Part shown: positions 63,871 to 64,000 of the stretch, piece after piece
How the letters are laid out: each line of letters begins with the position of its first letter
How positions within the stretch are numbered: position 1 is the first letter of the stretch
Translations under genes and position numbers: made by a program
Source: Rozella allomycis CSF55
Lineage: Eukaryota
Length of the DNA stretch: 64,000 bases
Reading direction: 5' to 3'
Assembly: GCA_000442015.1 (NCBI GenBank)
Contig: KE561047.1
Span: 1 to 64,000, forward strand
Notes under the pieces: generated by a model
What the model was told of the DNA's origin: nothing
Databases searched by the model: none
What the model saw: the letters and a program-made list of their open reading frames with translations, nothing else

Positions 63871-64000
63871 TTATTGAACCGGGCAATTCTCCAACTTTGG
63901 TGCTGAATTGGCTTCCCCTGGTTGTTGAGGCATTATGTCAGCCAGCATTTCTTCGGGAGGGCTAAATAAACAAAGTAAAAAAATTACGTTCCGAATTCTT
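63871..64000 (-). CDS. PEX19: Pex19 C-terminus (partial)
   Basis: Spliced EFGTPPEEMLADIM...ENCPVQ*, matching the GxPPxE motif plus a CaaX farnesylation box. Confidence 0.7.
   Translation of the reverse strand, partial: RIRNVIFLLCLFSPPEEMLADIMPQQPGEANSAPKLENCPVQ

Overview
AT-rich, extremely compact eukaryotic genomic DNA. Introns are tiny GT-AG introns of about 26-29 nt, and most intergenic spacers are short, often under 150 bp. The gene set mixes fungal-type genes (mitochondrial mL60, TOM22, PTM1) with flagellar genes (TCTEX1D2-like, BBOF1, AKAP14-like, kinesin-II, a giant ASH/Hydin-like protein). This suggests a zoosporic early-diverging fungus such as Rozella (inference). Positions 1-43.8 kb hold about 29 densely packed genes. 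Positions 43.9-57.4 kb are a degenerate, n-joined repeat island containing PIF/Harbinger elements, hairpins, a Gypsy integrase, two clades of non-LTR retrotransposon and several scrambled kinesin-II copies. Positions 58.3-64 kb return to ordinary genes (an orphan membrane protein, ORC1, an unknown gene, the 3' end of PEX19). Main highlights: (1) a HECT E3 ubiquitin ligase with a signal peptide, a candidate secreted parasite effector; (2) an unexplained GC-rich hairpin with a TATA box next to it; (3) a recurrent GTGGCT(TG) motif near start codons; (4) kb-scale G-rich/AT-rich/C-rich skew domains that ignore gene orientation. Exon boundaries were worked out by eye, and family calls rest on recognising motifs, not on database searches.
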